NCBI GenBank assembly: GCA_963663965.2
Contig: CAXXFK010000015.1
Coordinates: 32,001 to 96,000, forward strand
DNA: 64,000 bases
Reading direction: 5' to 3'
DNA from: Sedimentisphaerales bacterium
GTDB lineage: Bacteria; Planctomycetota; Phycisphaerae; Sedimentisphaerales; SM23-30
In this document: in pieces, positions 29,722 through 38,922 of the stretch
Numbering within the stretch: position 1 is the first letter of the stretch
How the letters are laid out: each line of letters opens with the position of its first letter
Notes under the pieces: generated by a model
Told to the model about the DNA's origin: nothing
What the model saw: the letters and a program-made list of their open reading frames with translations, nothing else
Databases searched by the model: none
Position numbers and translations under genes: made by a program

Positions 29722-29980
29722 TTTTTACCTCGTTATTACGCCTGATTCATTTATTACTTTGCTTTATGCTCAAACCTGCATTTAGAACATATATTTCACA
29801 AATTCCGCAAAACATCAACAATTTTCTCAATAGTTGAGTTTAAAATTTTGAAATTCTATCTCTTTTGCAGATAGACACATAAAATTTGCATGATATAAGT
29901 ATTAATTATCAGATTAAACCGATATGATTAAATATCAAAAAGATAGACCGAACCATTAAATTTTGTTTAACGTAATATTC

Positions 29981-30008
29981 TTGACAGGCTGGTAAGCCCG
30001 TTTATAAT
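29981..30008 (+). promoter_or_regulatory. Sigma70 promoter of the phasin-like/AarF pair
   Basis: TTGACA-N16-TATAAT, both hexamers perfect. Confidence 0.8.
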
Positions 30009-30064
30009 CAATAGCGGTTTATCTATGTAACTAACTGGAATTTCAACCACTTATTCAGAAAAGG

Positions 30065-30382
30065 ATGGATCCTATGTTTGAAGCGTTCGATAAACTGATT
30101 CTGGCCGGATTAGGTGCCTTATCCATGTCACGCGAGAAAGCCGAAGAGATCTTTGATGATTATGTCGAAAAAGGCAAGGCTGCCCGTGAACATCGTGAAG
30201 GTTTCGTAAAAGAAGTCATGGACATGGCAGACCGCACCCGCACTGACCTCGAAAAGACGATCAATGAACAGGTCAGCCGGGTTCTGGAACAACAGCCCAT
30301 CATTACCAAAGCCGATCTTAAGAAAGTCGAAGAGAAACTGGCGGCCATCGAAGCCAAACTGGACCAGATACTGAGTCAATAG
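30065..30382 (+). CDS. Phasin-family / granule-associated-like small protein
   Basis: KLILAGLGALSMSREKAEEIFDDYVEKG pattern and C-terminal coiled coil; start may be 30074. Confidence 0.75.
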   Translation: MDPMFEAFDKLILAGLGALSMSREKAEEIFDDYVEKGKAAREHREGFVKEVMDMADRTRTDLEKTINEQVSRVLEQQPIITKADLKKVEEKLAAIEAKLDQILSQ

Positions 30383-30394
30383 GAGTAACCGACC

Positions 30395-32089
30395 TTGCCC
30401 GGACCGTTTTCGGGAATAACCCGCACGTACGCCCGGCTAACTCGTTACCGTCATATCATGGCCGTATTGATCAAATACGGCTTCGAGGAAGTAGCGGGTC
30501 TGGTTTCGACTCGTTTTCGAGTCAAAGTAGCCTCCGCAGGGACTGCAGCTTCCGCGCAAAATGAAATAACGCGTACCAGTCTGCCGCAACGTACACGAAT
30601 GGCTCTTGAAGAACTGGGCCCAACTTTTGTCAAATTGGGCCAGTTGCTGAGTACCCGTCCGGACTTGGTGCCGGATCGATTCATCAAAGAACTTGAACTG
30701 TTGCAGGATCGGGTCACTCCGGAAAAATACCAACGAATTCGCGACCAAATCCACTCCAATCTGGGTGGCTGGCCAGAAGAAATATTTGCACATTTTGATG
30801 AAGAACCGCTGGCCGCCGCCAGTATCGCACAAGTTCACCGCGCCCGTACGCATGATGGCCGGGAAGTTGTCGTAAAAGTCAGGAGAAGCGGCATCGTTAA
30901 GACCATCAGAACGGAATTGGAAATTCTTTTTGACGTTGCCAAATTAATCAATAAACGCTTTGCTGCACCCGAAAACTTTGACGCAGTTCACATGATTCGT
31001 GAATTCAGCCAGGCAGTCAACAAAGAAGTTGACTTTAATAACGAACGTCTCAATCAACGACGTTTCCGTCAACTGTTTAAAGATGACCCCGCCATACATG
31101 TTCCCGAGATTCTTGAGGAGTATTGTGGAGAGGGCATTCTGACCATGGAATTCATTGATGGGATCAAGCCTTCTCAGGTAGAGCAACTAAAAGAGGCCGG
31201 TCTTGATCCAGCGGAAATCGCGCGCCGAGGCGCTGAATTTGTCATCCGACAGGTTTATGATTACGGTTTTTTTCATGCCGATCCTCATCCGGGTAATTTT
31301 TTAGTTATCGAGAATAATATCTTGGCTCCACTGGATTTCGGTCAGGTGGGACGGTTGACCAGACAAGATAAACTCCTTCTCCAGCAGATTCTTATGGCAA
31401 TCGTTAATAAGGATGGCGCCCGGATGGTATACGCTCTTGAGAATGCCGACATGCTGGGTGAAAACACTAATACGCTGGAACTCACGCGCGATCTCGAAGA
31501 TATCATCGATTCCTATGGGGATTTACCACTTAAAGACATCCCGTTCCGTGAAGCCATTGGACGCAGTTTTGACGTTTTACGCCGTCATCATGTCCGTCCG
31601 CCTCGCGATTTTACTATTATGCTGAAATGCCTGATGACTATCGAGTCATTCGCCAAAAAGCTGGATAATAACTTTGAAATATTTGCTTTACTTAAACCTT
31701 ACGCCCGAAAACTGGCTATGGAAGAGATGAACCCAGCCAGTGTTTTGCAGCATCTTTATAAAACTGCTCGTGAGGCTTCCGGCCTGATCGCGCGCCTGCC
31801 TCAGGATACCGCTGTTATTATCAACAAATTCCGCCGCGGTCAGTTTAAAATCCATGTACACCACGAACATCTGGAAGAATTAGAACAGACGGTAGATAAC
31901 AGTTCAAACCGCCTGAGTTTCGCGATTATTATTGCGGCGCTTTTAGTCGGGTCGAGCCTGCTGATTTCGCAAAGCGGTTTTGTTCTTGGGATTATCAGTT
32001 TACAGACTCTGGGGGTGCTGGGATACCTGGCAGCCGCAGTCATGGGGCTCTGGCTGGTATTTTCCATTATTCGCAGCCGCAAGTATTAA
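30395..32089 (+). CDS. AarF/UbiB/ABC1-family atypical kinase
   Basis: LGPTFVKLGQLLSTRPD, AAASIAQVH, VVVKV, FHADPHPGN, LDFG; 2 C-terminal TM helices. Confidence 0.93.
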   Translation: MPGPFSGITRTYARLTRYRHIMAVLIKYGFEEVAGLVSTRFRVKVASAGTAASAQNEITRTSLPQRTRMALEELGPTFVKLGQLLSTRPDLVPDRFIKELELLQDRVTPEKYQRIRDQIHSNLGGWPEEIFAHFDEEPLAAASIAQVHRARTHDGREVVVKVRRSGIVKTIRTELEILFDVAKLINKRFAAPENFDAVHMIREFSQAVNKEVDFNNERLNQRRFRQLFKDDPAIHVPEILEEYCGEGILTMEFIDGIKPSQVEQLKEAGLDPAEIARRGAEFVIRQVYDYGFFHADPHPGNFLVIENNILAPLDFGQVGRLTRQDKLLLQQILMAIVNKDGARMVYALENADMLGENTNTLELTRDLEDIIDSYGDLPLKDIPFREAIGRSFDVLRRHHVRPPRDFTIMLKCLMTIESFAKKLDNNFEIFALLKPYARKLAMEEMNPASVLQHLYKTAREASGLIARLPQDTAVIINKFRRGQFKIHVHHEHLEELEQTVDNSSNRLSFAIIIAALLVGSSLLISQSGFVLGIISLQTLGVLGYLAAAVMGLWLVFSIIRSRKY

Positions 32090-32112
32090 CTTCTCTTCAT
32101 ATCTCATTCAAT

Positions 32113-32925
32113 TCATTCGGTATGACAGCTATCCAGAAATTGTATCAGAATCTGGTTAAATTCATCTGGATTGTCACCACAGGCATTATGCCCGGCATCC
32201 GGTATAACCGCAAATCGCGCATCAGGTAATGAGCGAACCCATTTGCGCGATAACAGAGGTATTGTCCCCAACCCAACCCAGTAATCATGACTCCCATGAC
32301 AAATCATCATTGGTAATTGTAGCTGATAATCAGGCTCGAAATGGTCACAAGAACAGATAGCGTTCCAAATCTTTAGAAACTCCTGACGATTTATTTGCCT
32401 CGCCAGACGTTCGGCATTTTGACGGGCCCAGGGGCCTGTCCCGGCACATAAACCCGCCAGCTTATGCAAAATCGGTAACGGACACAACCAGAACCCTATA
32501 CGACTCAAAGGTTTGATTAGATTCACAAACCAGGGTTGCCTGGCTGTAATGCAGAGACTGCCCAGAATCAATGCTGCCCGCGCACGTTCTGGAAAGCGAA
32601 AAATGAGTTCCTGTATGATCATGCCTCCCATTGAATGCCCAAAATGCAACGCCCGATCAATTCCGGCATGATCCATAATGGCTCGTAAATCTTCGGCTGC
32701 CAAACCAATGGTAATATCCTGTCCCATGGGTTTCGACCGACCGTGTCCTCTGACATCCCAGGCCAGAACACGATACCCTGCCTGACGTACAGCGGCAAAC
32801 TGCTGTTCAAACATTTCGTGTGACATGGTCATGCCATGGGTAAACACCACCACCGGCCCCGATTGATTATCCAAACGATAATACAATCGGCATCCATCCT
32901 TCTCAAAACAATGTTCCGAATTCAT
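32113..32925 (-). CDS. Alpha/beta-fold hydrolase
   Basis: HG oxyanion motif, [22 protein letters not shown]; start reassigned to ATG 32925. Confidence 0.9.
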   Translation of the reverse strand: MNSEHCFEKDGCRLYYRLDNQSGPVVVFTHGMTMSHEMFEQQFAAVRQAGYRVLAWDVRGHGRSKPMGQDITIGLAAEDLRAIMDHAGIDRALHFGHSMGGMIIQELIFRFPERARAALILGSLCITARQPWFVNLIKPLSRIGFWLCPLPILHKLAGLCAGTGPWARQNAERLARQINRQEFLKIWNAICSCDHFEPDYQLQLPMMICHGSHDYWVGLGTIPLLSRKWVRSLPDARFAVIPDAGHNACGDNPDEFNQILIQFLDSCHTE

Positions 32926-34213
32926 TTGTATTCCCCGAAGTCCTCTCGCCATTCCGTTTAGCCCGAACCCGCAACAGATCGCTCCATTGTGTGGTATAAT
33001 GGGGTGAACGCCGGTTGGCAATCATTTTCCAGGGCTTGTCCAACCCGGCTGCGGCAAACTGCAAATTACCATCCAGGCGAAAATTGATTCGATCAACCAC
33101 CGCCATTAGTTTGCCACTGCGATGACGGTCAACATCATCAAACAAATTGAGTTGCACCTGTTCCTGAGGAACCAATCTTTCCAGCATAATACCTGCTTTT
33201 TTAAAGCGGCATCCCGATCGGTAAATCTGGTCAGTCAATTGCAGCGCGTAATGAATCAATTCTGCCGTATCATTGGTGGCAACGGGCAGTTCCATTGCCT
33301 TGACATTGCAATAACGGGTTTCATTTTCTTTAAAGATATTCGTCCGTACATACACCGCCAGCATACCCGCCGCCAACCGCTGGCGCCGCAATTTAAAAGC
33401 TCCCCGTGTCACATAACTGGCTACGGCCTCGCGCAGTTCTTCCAAAGTTTCCACCGGCCGGCCAAATGAACGGGACGCCGCTACATTTTTGTTTGGCGGC
33501 GGATTCACTTCCAGTCCAAAACGTGATTCACCTCGTAATTCATGGACGAGTTTTACTCCCATGACATTCAATTTACGTAAAATAAGATCATCGTCAGCAT
33601 TATGTAATTGCCAGGCGGTTTTGATTCCCAATTTGCGAAGCCGTGCGGCAAACCCCGGTCCAATACCCCAGATATCCCCCACTTCAATACACCCCAGCAC
33701 TTGAGCCAATTGATCCATTTTCAGGACATAAGTCCCGACACTACCCGGAGTTTTTTTAGCAATATGGCTGGCAATCTTAGCCAGAGTTTTCGTGGGCGCG
33801 ATCCCCACCGATACCGGAATCCCGGTCCATTGCAATACGGTCTGGCGAATTTCGCGGCCACAGGCCGGCAGATCTGCTACAGCCAAACCATCCAATCCCA
33901 GAAACGCTTCATCGATCGAATAAATCTCCAGGTCCGGGGTAAAGGTTCCCAGCGTTTCCATCACCCGGCGCGACATATCACCATACAGAGCGTAGTTGGA
34001 TGAATAAACCTCAATTCCGTGTTTTTCGATTTGTGCCCGAATCTGAAACGCGGGAATTCCCATTTTTATGCCAAGGGCCTTGACTTCATTGGAACGCGCG
34101 ACGACACAACCGTCATTGTTGCTCAAGACGACCACTGGCCGGCCCTGTAACGCCGGGTTAAATACCCGTTCGCACGACACATAAAAATTATTACAATCTA
34201 CCAGAGCAAACAT
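32903..34213 (-). CDS. umuC: Y-family DNA polymerase V catalytic subunit
   Basis: [53 protein letters not shown]. Confidence 0.95.
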   Translation of the reverse strand: MFALVDCNNFYVSCERVFNPALQGRPVVVLSNNDGCVVARSNEVKALGIKMGIPAFQIRAQIEKHGIEVYSSNYALYGDMSRRVMETLGTFTPDLEIYSIDEAFLGLDGLAVADLPACGREIRQTVLQWTGIPVSVGIAPTKTLAKIASHIAKKTPGSVGTYVLKMDQLAQVLGCIEVGDIWGIGPGFAARLRKLGIKTAWQLHNADDDLILRKLNVMGVKLVHELRGESRFGLEVNPPPNKNVAASRSFGRPVETLEELREAVASYVTRGAFKLRRQRLAAGMLAVYVRTNIFKENETRYCNVKAMELPVATNDTAELIHYALQLTDQIYRSGCRFKKAGIMLERLVPQEQVQLNLFDDVDRHRSGKLMAVVDRINFRLDGNLQFAAAGLDKPWKMIANRRSPHYTTQWSDLLRVRAKRNGERTSGNTNEFGTLF

Positions 34214-34242
34214 ATTCAATACCTGTCAGATAATCCGGATCG

Positions 34243-34677
34243 CTACAACGAATGGATGACATGCCTGACCACACCCCAGATTTCAAATTCTTCCTCATCG
34301 CTTACAGACTGGGATGTATAGTTACGATTTTCCGGCACCAGGGTAATTCGTCGGTTTTTAATCCGCATTCGCTTAACGGTCAGTTCGCCATTAACGGCCG
34401 CAATAACAACATCCTTGTCTTTGGGACGGCAGGAACGGTCTACAATCAGCAGATCGCCATCGTGAATTCCCGCATCAATCATCGAATCGCCGGTTACACG
34501 GACAAAATAGGTTGCCGCCGGGCGCTGGATCAGGAATTTATTCAAGTCTAACTGGCCTTCAATGTAATCATCGGCCGGCGAAGGAAATCCGGCCGGGACA
34601 GCAGTTACATAAAGCGGCCGTAGACATTCCGTGCGGCAATCCGGGGAAAAAATAGCGTTAACAGTCGTTTTTTTCAT
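34243..34677 (-). CDS. umuD: DNA polymerase V autoproteolytic subunit (S24)
   Basis: VPAGFPSPA cleavage site, GDSM serine, TVKR lysine; no DNA-binding domain. Confidence 0.95.
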   Translation of the reverse strand: MKKTTVNAIFSPDCRTECLRPLYVTAVPAGFPSPADDYIEGQLDLNKFLIQRPAATYFVRVTGDSMIDAGIHDGDLLIVDRSCRPKDKDVVIAAVNGELTVKRMRIKNRRITLVPENRNYTSQSVSDEEEFEIWGVVRHVIHSL

Positions 34678-34779
34678 ATCGTTATTATACCTGATTCCGA
34701 TATGGTCGGAAATTAAAAGTTAACAATATTAATAATGATAAGAAATCGGGCTCCCAAGGACTTAAGGCATAAGAACATC

Positions 34780-34808
34780 TTGACATTTACCTTGCCTAAC
34801 CTTATGAT
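34780..34808 (+). promoter_or_regulatory. Sigma70 promoter of the ABC/ECF operon
   Basis: TTGACA-N17-TATGAT. Confidence 0.7.
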
Positions 34809-34870
34809 CAAGCCGCCTTCAACTGGTTATCTTATATGTAGTTATCTAATTTTTATAAGAAGGAGGCCCC

Positions 34871-35812
34871 ATGGCATTATTGGAAATTAACCAACTGAGG
34901 AAGGAATATGCCTCACTGGTCGCGGTGAATGACCTGAACCTGACAATCGATAAGGGGCAGGTGCTGGGCTTAATTGGCCCCAATGGAGCGGGTAAGACGA
35001 CACTGTTACGAATGCTGGCGACGGTTTTACCCCCTACTGATGGGACGGCCCTGATTGACAGTATTGATCTGAGAAAGAAACCGTTGGAAATCCGTAAGAA
35101 AATCGGGTATCTGCCCGACTTTTTTAATTTGTATCGGGATCTGACTTTGACGGAATGTCTGGACTTTTTTGCCCGGGCCTACCAAGTTCCCACCAGTCAA
35201 ATACCCGCACGAATTGCCGAAGTGCTGGACTATGTCAATCTGACCTCCAAGCAGCATGATTTTGTCCGACATCTGTCACGCGGCATGGTTCAGCGCCTGG
35301 GGTTGGCTGTTTTGCTGGTCCATGATCCGGATATCCTGCTACTGGATGAGCCGGCATCCGGATTGGATCCCATGGCGCGTATCCAGCTACGGGATATCCT
35401 CAAGCGATTGAGTTCTGAAGGAAAAACAATTGTCATATCATCTCACATCTTAACGGAACTGGCAGGATTCTGTACCCATGTTGGGATTATGAACCAGGGG
35501 AATCTGGTTTTGTCGGGTAGTATCGATGAAATTGAACGGGAAATTTCCGGAAGTGGTAAAATCATTTTAAAAATACTGGAAGATTCAGAGCGGGCGAGCT
35601 CTTTGATTCGTGATTTTCCAGGCATCATTCTGGAAGAGGCGTTCGATTCAACCTTCCATATTTCGGTTGAGTCGGGACCGGAAACAGTCGCGGCACTGAA
35701 CGCACATCTGGTATCGAACCATATTCGTGTAATCCATATTTCCGAACGCAAGAGCAGTCTGGAAGATCTGTTTATGCAGATATCCCGGGATAAAAATCTG
35801 ACTGTCAGCTAG
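34871..35812 (+). CDS. ABC-2-type exporter ATP-binding subunit
   Basis: GPNGAGKTT, LSRGM signature, LLLDEP, SSH. Confidence 0.95.
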   Translation: MALLEINQLRKEYASLVAVNDLNLTIDKGQVLGLIGPNGAGKTTLLRMLATVLPPTDGTALIDSIDLRKKPLEIRKKIGYLPDFFNLYRDLTLTECLDFFARAYQVPTSQIPARIAEVLDYVNLTSKQHDFVRHLSRGMVQRLGLAVLLVHDPDILLLDEPASGLDPMARIQLRDILKRLSSEGKTIVISSHILTELAGFCTHVGIMNQGNLVLSGSIDEIEREISGSGKIILKILEDSERASSLIRDFPGIILEEAFDSTFHISVESGPETVAALNAHLVSNHIRVIHISERKSSLEDLFMQISRDKNLTVS

Positions 35813-35825
35813 AACAGGAGGCACC

Positions 35826-37280
35826 ATGTTTAACAATCCAATCATCCGCCGTTATCAATATTCGCAGTTTCGTCCACAACAGTTCTGGACATTCGGGACA
35901 CTTTATACGGCCCTGGTTTTATTAATCCTGTTTATTAATACCTCGCTTTTCCATGCCACCAATCAATTTGATAGCAAACAGGAATTATATCAGGCTCTCT
36001 TTATTCAGTTTGCGGTACTCCAACTGCTTATTGCCTGGATTATCCTGCCTTTTAATGGATCGAATGTGATTCCACGTGAGATCGCTGACCGGTCTTATGA
36101 CTTTTTCCGGATGCTGCCATTACCTGCCTGGCAGAAAACTACCGGGATTATCATCGGGCGCAATCTGTTTGGCTGGGTGATCGCCTTGATCAACCTGGTC
36201 TTTTTTACCTATTTTGCTTATGCGGCTGATATAACAATCAATCTTATCCTTCAGTTTTTACTAACGATCACCTGTGTTACGATGGTATTTAATTGTGCAG
36301 GATTGCTACTGTCACAAATGACTACCAAGAAAGGGAAACCCACCAGTAATATTGCTTTGGTAATCGTAGTCTTTGTGTTCTTTGGTCCATTTATCGGTGG
36401 AATGAGTGAGATGCTGGAGAGTGACAAACTGGAAAACGCGAGAATCTGGTTTGGCAATAATCAGATTCCGGCGTTGATCCTGGTAAGTGGCTATACCTTG
36501 ATTACGGCAATCTGGATGTTTATTGGCAATGGCAGACGCTTTAACCGTGAATTTGAACCGCTTTTCAGTCGTCCGGGTGAATATATCTTCAGTATTTGTT
36601 ATCTGATCCAAGTGTTTTTGGTCATGTATCACTATCTTTACGATGGTTATGAAGATCGCGAGGAAAGTATACAAATCTATTATTTTGTCACCGTATTGCC
36701 CATGCTTTTTATCCCGTTTCTATCCGTTCGATCTGTCGATACCTATCTGGAAATTACTCGATTACATCCGCCGGGAAAGGGATTGTTATCCAAAGTCTTT
36801 CTGCATTCAAACTTTTATTCAAGTTTATGTTTATTTGTGCTATGGGGAATATCGGCTGGCATTGTAACCCTGACTGGCAACTATGCCATAGATGATTTCT
36901 GGTTGATTCTGATTTTATTACTGCCCTCTTATGTCGTATTTATTGGCCTGGTTGAGTTATTTACGATTTATATCATCAAAAATGAAAAAATCGGATTTCT
37001 GCTGGTTTTTCTAGGCGCCTTATACCTGTTTCTCCCATTGATTCTGGCTGCTCTGTTTGAATCGGAAGAATTACTTCGTTTCAGTCCGATCGGCCGATTT
37101 TTTAAGCTGGAAAAGATGTATCAGCCGGATCAAATCATTCCGGTTCTGTTAGTCGATCTGGTATTTCTTATTCCCATCCTGATTCTTATTTTCAGGAACT
37201 ATTCAGCGATAGCTGAGATTCGGGGGTTGCTGGAGAGTATCGCGCAGAAGAAAGCGAATCAATCGAATTCCACCGTTTAA
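35826..37280 (+). CDS. ABC exporter permease-like polytopic membrane protein
   Basis: About 12 hydrophobic segments; N-terminal NPII and IPREIADRSYD pattern of ABC-2 permeases; 13 bp from the ATPase. Confidence 0.75.
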   Translation: MFNNPIIRRYQYSQFRPQQFWTFGTLYTALVLLILFINTSLFHATNQFDSKQELYQALFIQFAVLQLLIAWIILPFNGSNVIPREIADRSYDFFRMLPLPAWQKTTGIIIGRNLFGWVIALINLVFFTYFAYAADITINLILQFLLTITCVTMVFNCAGLLLSQMTTKKGKPTSNIALVIVVFVFFGPFIGGMSEMLESDKLENARIWFGNNQIPALILVSGYTLITAIWMFIGNGRRFNREFEPLFSRPGEYIFSICYLIQVFLVMYHYLYDGYEDREESIQIYYFVTVLPMLFIPFLSVRSVDTYLEITRLHPPGKGLLSKVFLHSNFYSSLCLFVLWGISAGIVTLTGNYAIDDFWLILILLLPSYVVFIGLVELFTIYIIKNEKIGFLLVFLGALYLFLPLILAALFESEELLRFSPIGRFFKLEKMYQPDQIIPVLLVDLVFLIPILILIFRNYSAIAEIRGLLESIAQKKANQSNSTV

Positions 37281-37300
37281 CCTGATATGGAAGCAGCCTG

Positions 37301-37843
37301 TTGGACCTGAGAACCGACCAGGAATTGATAGTTCAGATTAATCGCGGACAAACCGAAGCGTTTGAGACGCTCTACTTTCGCTATCGGGACTGGGTCTATC
37401 AACTGGCCTGGCGGATGATCTTGCGGAACGATCTGGCGGAAGATATTGTTCAGGAGGTCTTTATCTACCTTCTGGGTAAAGTGCCCAACCTGATATTGAC
37501 CTGTCAAATGAAATCATTTCTTTATCCGGTGGCCCGGCATACGGCTTTGAATCTGATTAAAAAGGAACGACGGACGGTATCTGATGATGAGCTGTTATCG
37601 GGTGTTCCCTCGATACCGAATGAGAGCCCGGATGCCAATATTGGGGATCTGGCAATAGCGCTGGGGAATCTGAAAGCCAGCCAACGGGAGGTGGTATTGA
37701 TGCGGTTTGTGGATGGGATGACGCTGGAGGAGATTGCCGGGGCGCTGGAGCAGCCGCTAAATACGGTTAAATCCCATCTTTACCGATCTCTTGATATATT
37801 GAGAGAGGATCCCAAGGCGCGAAACTATTTTTTGCCGGATTAA
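37301..37843 (+). CDS. ECF RNA polymerase sigma factor
   Basis: AFETLYFRY, LAEDIVQEVF, REVVLMRFVDGMTLEEIA, TVKSHLYR; TTG start. Confidence 0.93.
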   Translation: MDLRTDQELIVQINRGQTEAFETLYFRYRDWVYQLAWRMILRNDLAEDIVQEVFIYLLGKVPNLILTCQMKSFLYPVARHTALNLIKKERRTVSDDELLSGVPSIPNESPDANIGDLAIALGNLKASQREVVLMRFVDGMTLEEIAGALEQPLNTVKSHLYRSLDILREDPKARNYFLPD

Positions 37844-37905
37844 CTGCTGTGTCGTAATCTTCTAATTTAACAGCACTTAAGTCGCACATCCTTTTTTTAT
37901 TATTT

Positions 37906-37933
37906 TGCAACTTTTGCCCAGGCCAAACTGCTT
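37906..37933 (+). promoter_or_regulatory. Candidate ECF-type promoter between sigma and anti-sigma genes
   Basis: T-tract followed by TGCAAC-TTTT (-35-like), 16 bp, then CTGCTT; lies just before the RBS. Confidence 0.4.
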
Positions 37934-37951
37934 GAGCAGATGGAGATTCTT

Positions 37952-38482
37952 ATGCGTTTTGATGAGCCTGAACAATATGATCGAGATACCCAGCCGCTGC
38001 AAGAGAGCCTGCGGGAATTATATCATGCTGATAGTCCACTCAGCCGGGAGGTTGACCGTCGGGTGCTGGCAAAGGCTGAGAAGCAGCTGCGCGGGGTGCG
38101 GAATCGGCAAATGTGGCGGCGCTGGGCGGGAGTGGCGGCGGCCGCGGTATTGATTTTTGGATTTATGACCTACTGGAACAACAACCGGGAAACAGCCGAA
38201 AAGCCTTTGGTTGCGGCAAGTCCTTATGATATGGATGCTAATGGTAAGACTAATATTCTGGATGCTTTTTTACTGGCCCGGTCGATTGAAAAGGCCGAGG
38301 TCAAGCCGGCCAGGGGGGACATTAATCAGGATGGCCGGATCGATCAGATGGATGTGGATCTGATTGCCATGGAGGCGGTAAAACTGGAGACGACGGTCGC
38401 TTATCATATTCCCGCTGACTTGAATACGGAACAAATGGTCTGGATTGAAAGACCGGGCCCAGATGGGAGCAACCTGCAATGA
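37952..38482 (+). CDS. Putative anti-sigma factor with extracytoplasmic type I dockerin domain
   Basis: About 55-aa cytoplasmic helical N-terminus, TM WAGVAAAAVLIFGFMTYW, two Ca-loop repeats DMDANGKTNILD and GDINQDGRIDQMD; directly after the ECF gene; GGAG RBS before ATG 37952. Confidence 0.82.
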   Translation: MRFDEPEQYDRDTQPLQESLRELYHADSPLSREVDRRVLAKAEKQLRGVRNRQMWRRWAGVAAAAVLIFGFMTYWNNNRETAEKPLVAASPYDMDANGKTNILDAFLLARSIEKAEVKPARGDINQDGRIDQMDVDLIAMEAVKLETTVAYHIPADLNTEQMVWIERPGPDGSNLQ

Positions 38483-38922
38483 AAAAAAGATGGTTGATGG
38501 CGTTGATTTTAGTATCGATACTGACCGGATTGCCGGCCCAGAACCAGCGGCCGGAGGTTCGGTTTGTTCCGTTAGAGATTATGATCGACAGCGGGCATGA
38601 GACGCTGGCGGCCTGGCAGTTTGAACTGACGATCAAACAGGGAAACGCTACTATTGTCGGGATTGAAAACGGGGAACATCCGGCATTTGGCCAACCGCCC
38701 TACTACGACCCGGCGGCGCTTTATCGTGAGAACCGGATTATTGTGGCCGCATTTAGTACGGGAAACAACCTGCCAACCGGAAAGACCCGGGTTGCCACGG
38801 TTCATTTACGTATTAAGGGTGATATAGAGCCAATTTACCAAATCGATCTGCAAACGGCGGCCGATCAGGAAGGGAATGAAATTGAGCCCAAAATCAGCTA
38901 TCGTGAAGGAGCTATTCAATGA
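38479..38922 (+). CDS. Secreted single-domain cohesin-like protein
   Basis: Signal peptide; all-beta pattern VPLEIMI / LAAWQFEL / RIIVAAFS / GKTRVATVHLRI / ADQEG in cohesin strand order; ATGA overlap with the dockerin gene. Confidence 0.65.
   Translation: MKKRWLMALILVSILTGLPAQNQRPEVRFVPLEIMIDSGHETLAAWQFELTIKQGNATIVGIENGEHPAFGQPPYYDPAALYRENRIIVAAFSTGNNLPTGKTRVATVHLRIKGDIEPIYQIDLQTAADQEGNEIEPKISYREGAIQ

Noticed and set aside
32903..34677. Mobile element or prophage marked by umuDC
   Set aside because: No integrase, transposase, att repeats or phage genes nearby.
37952..38922. Cellulosome or scaffoldin
   Set aside because: Single cohesin-like domain, no CBM or anchoring module, and no dockerin seen on the CAZymes in this window.
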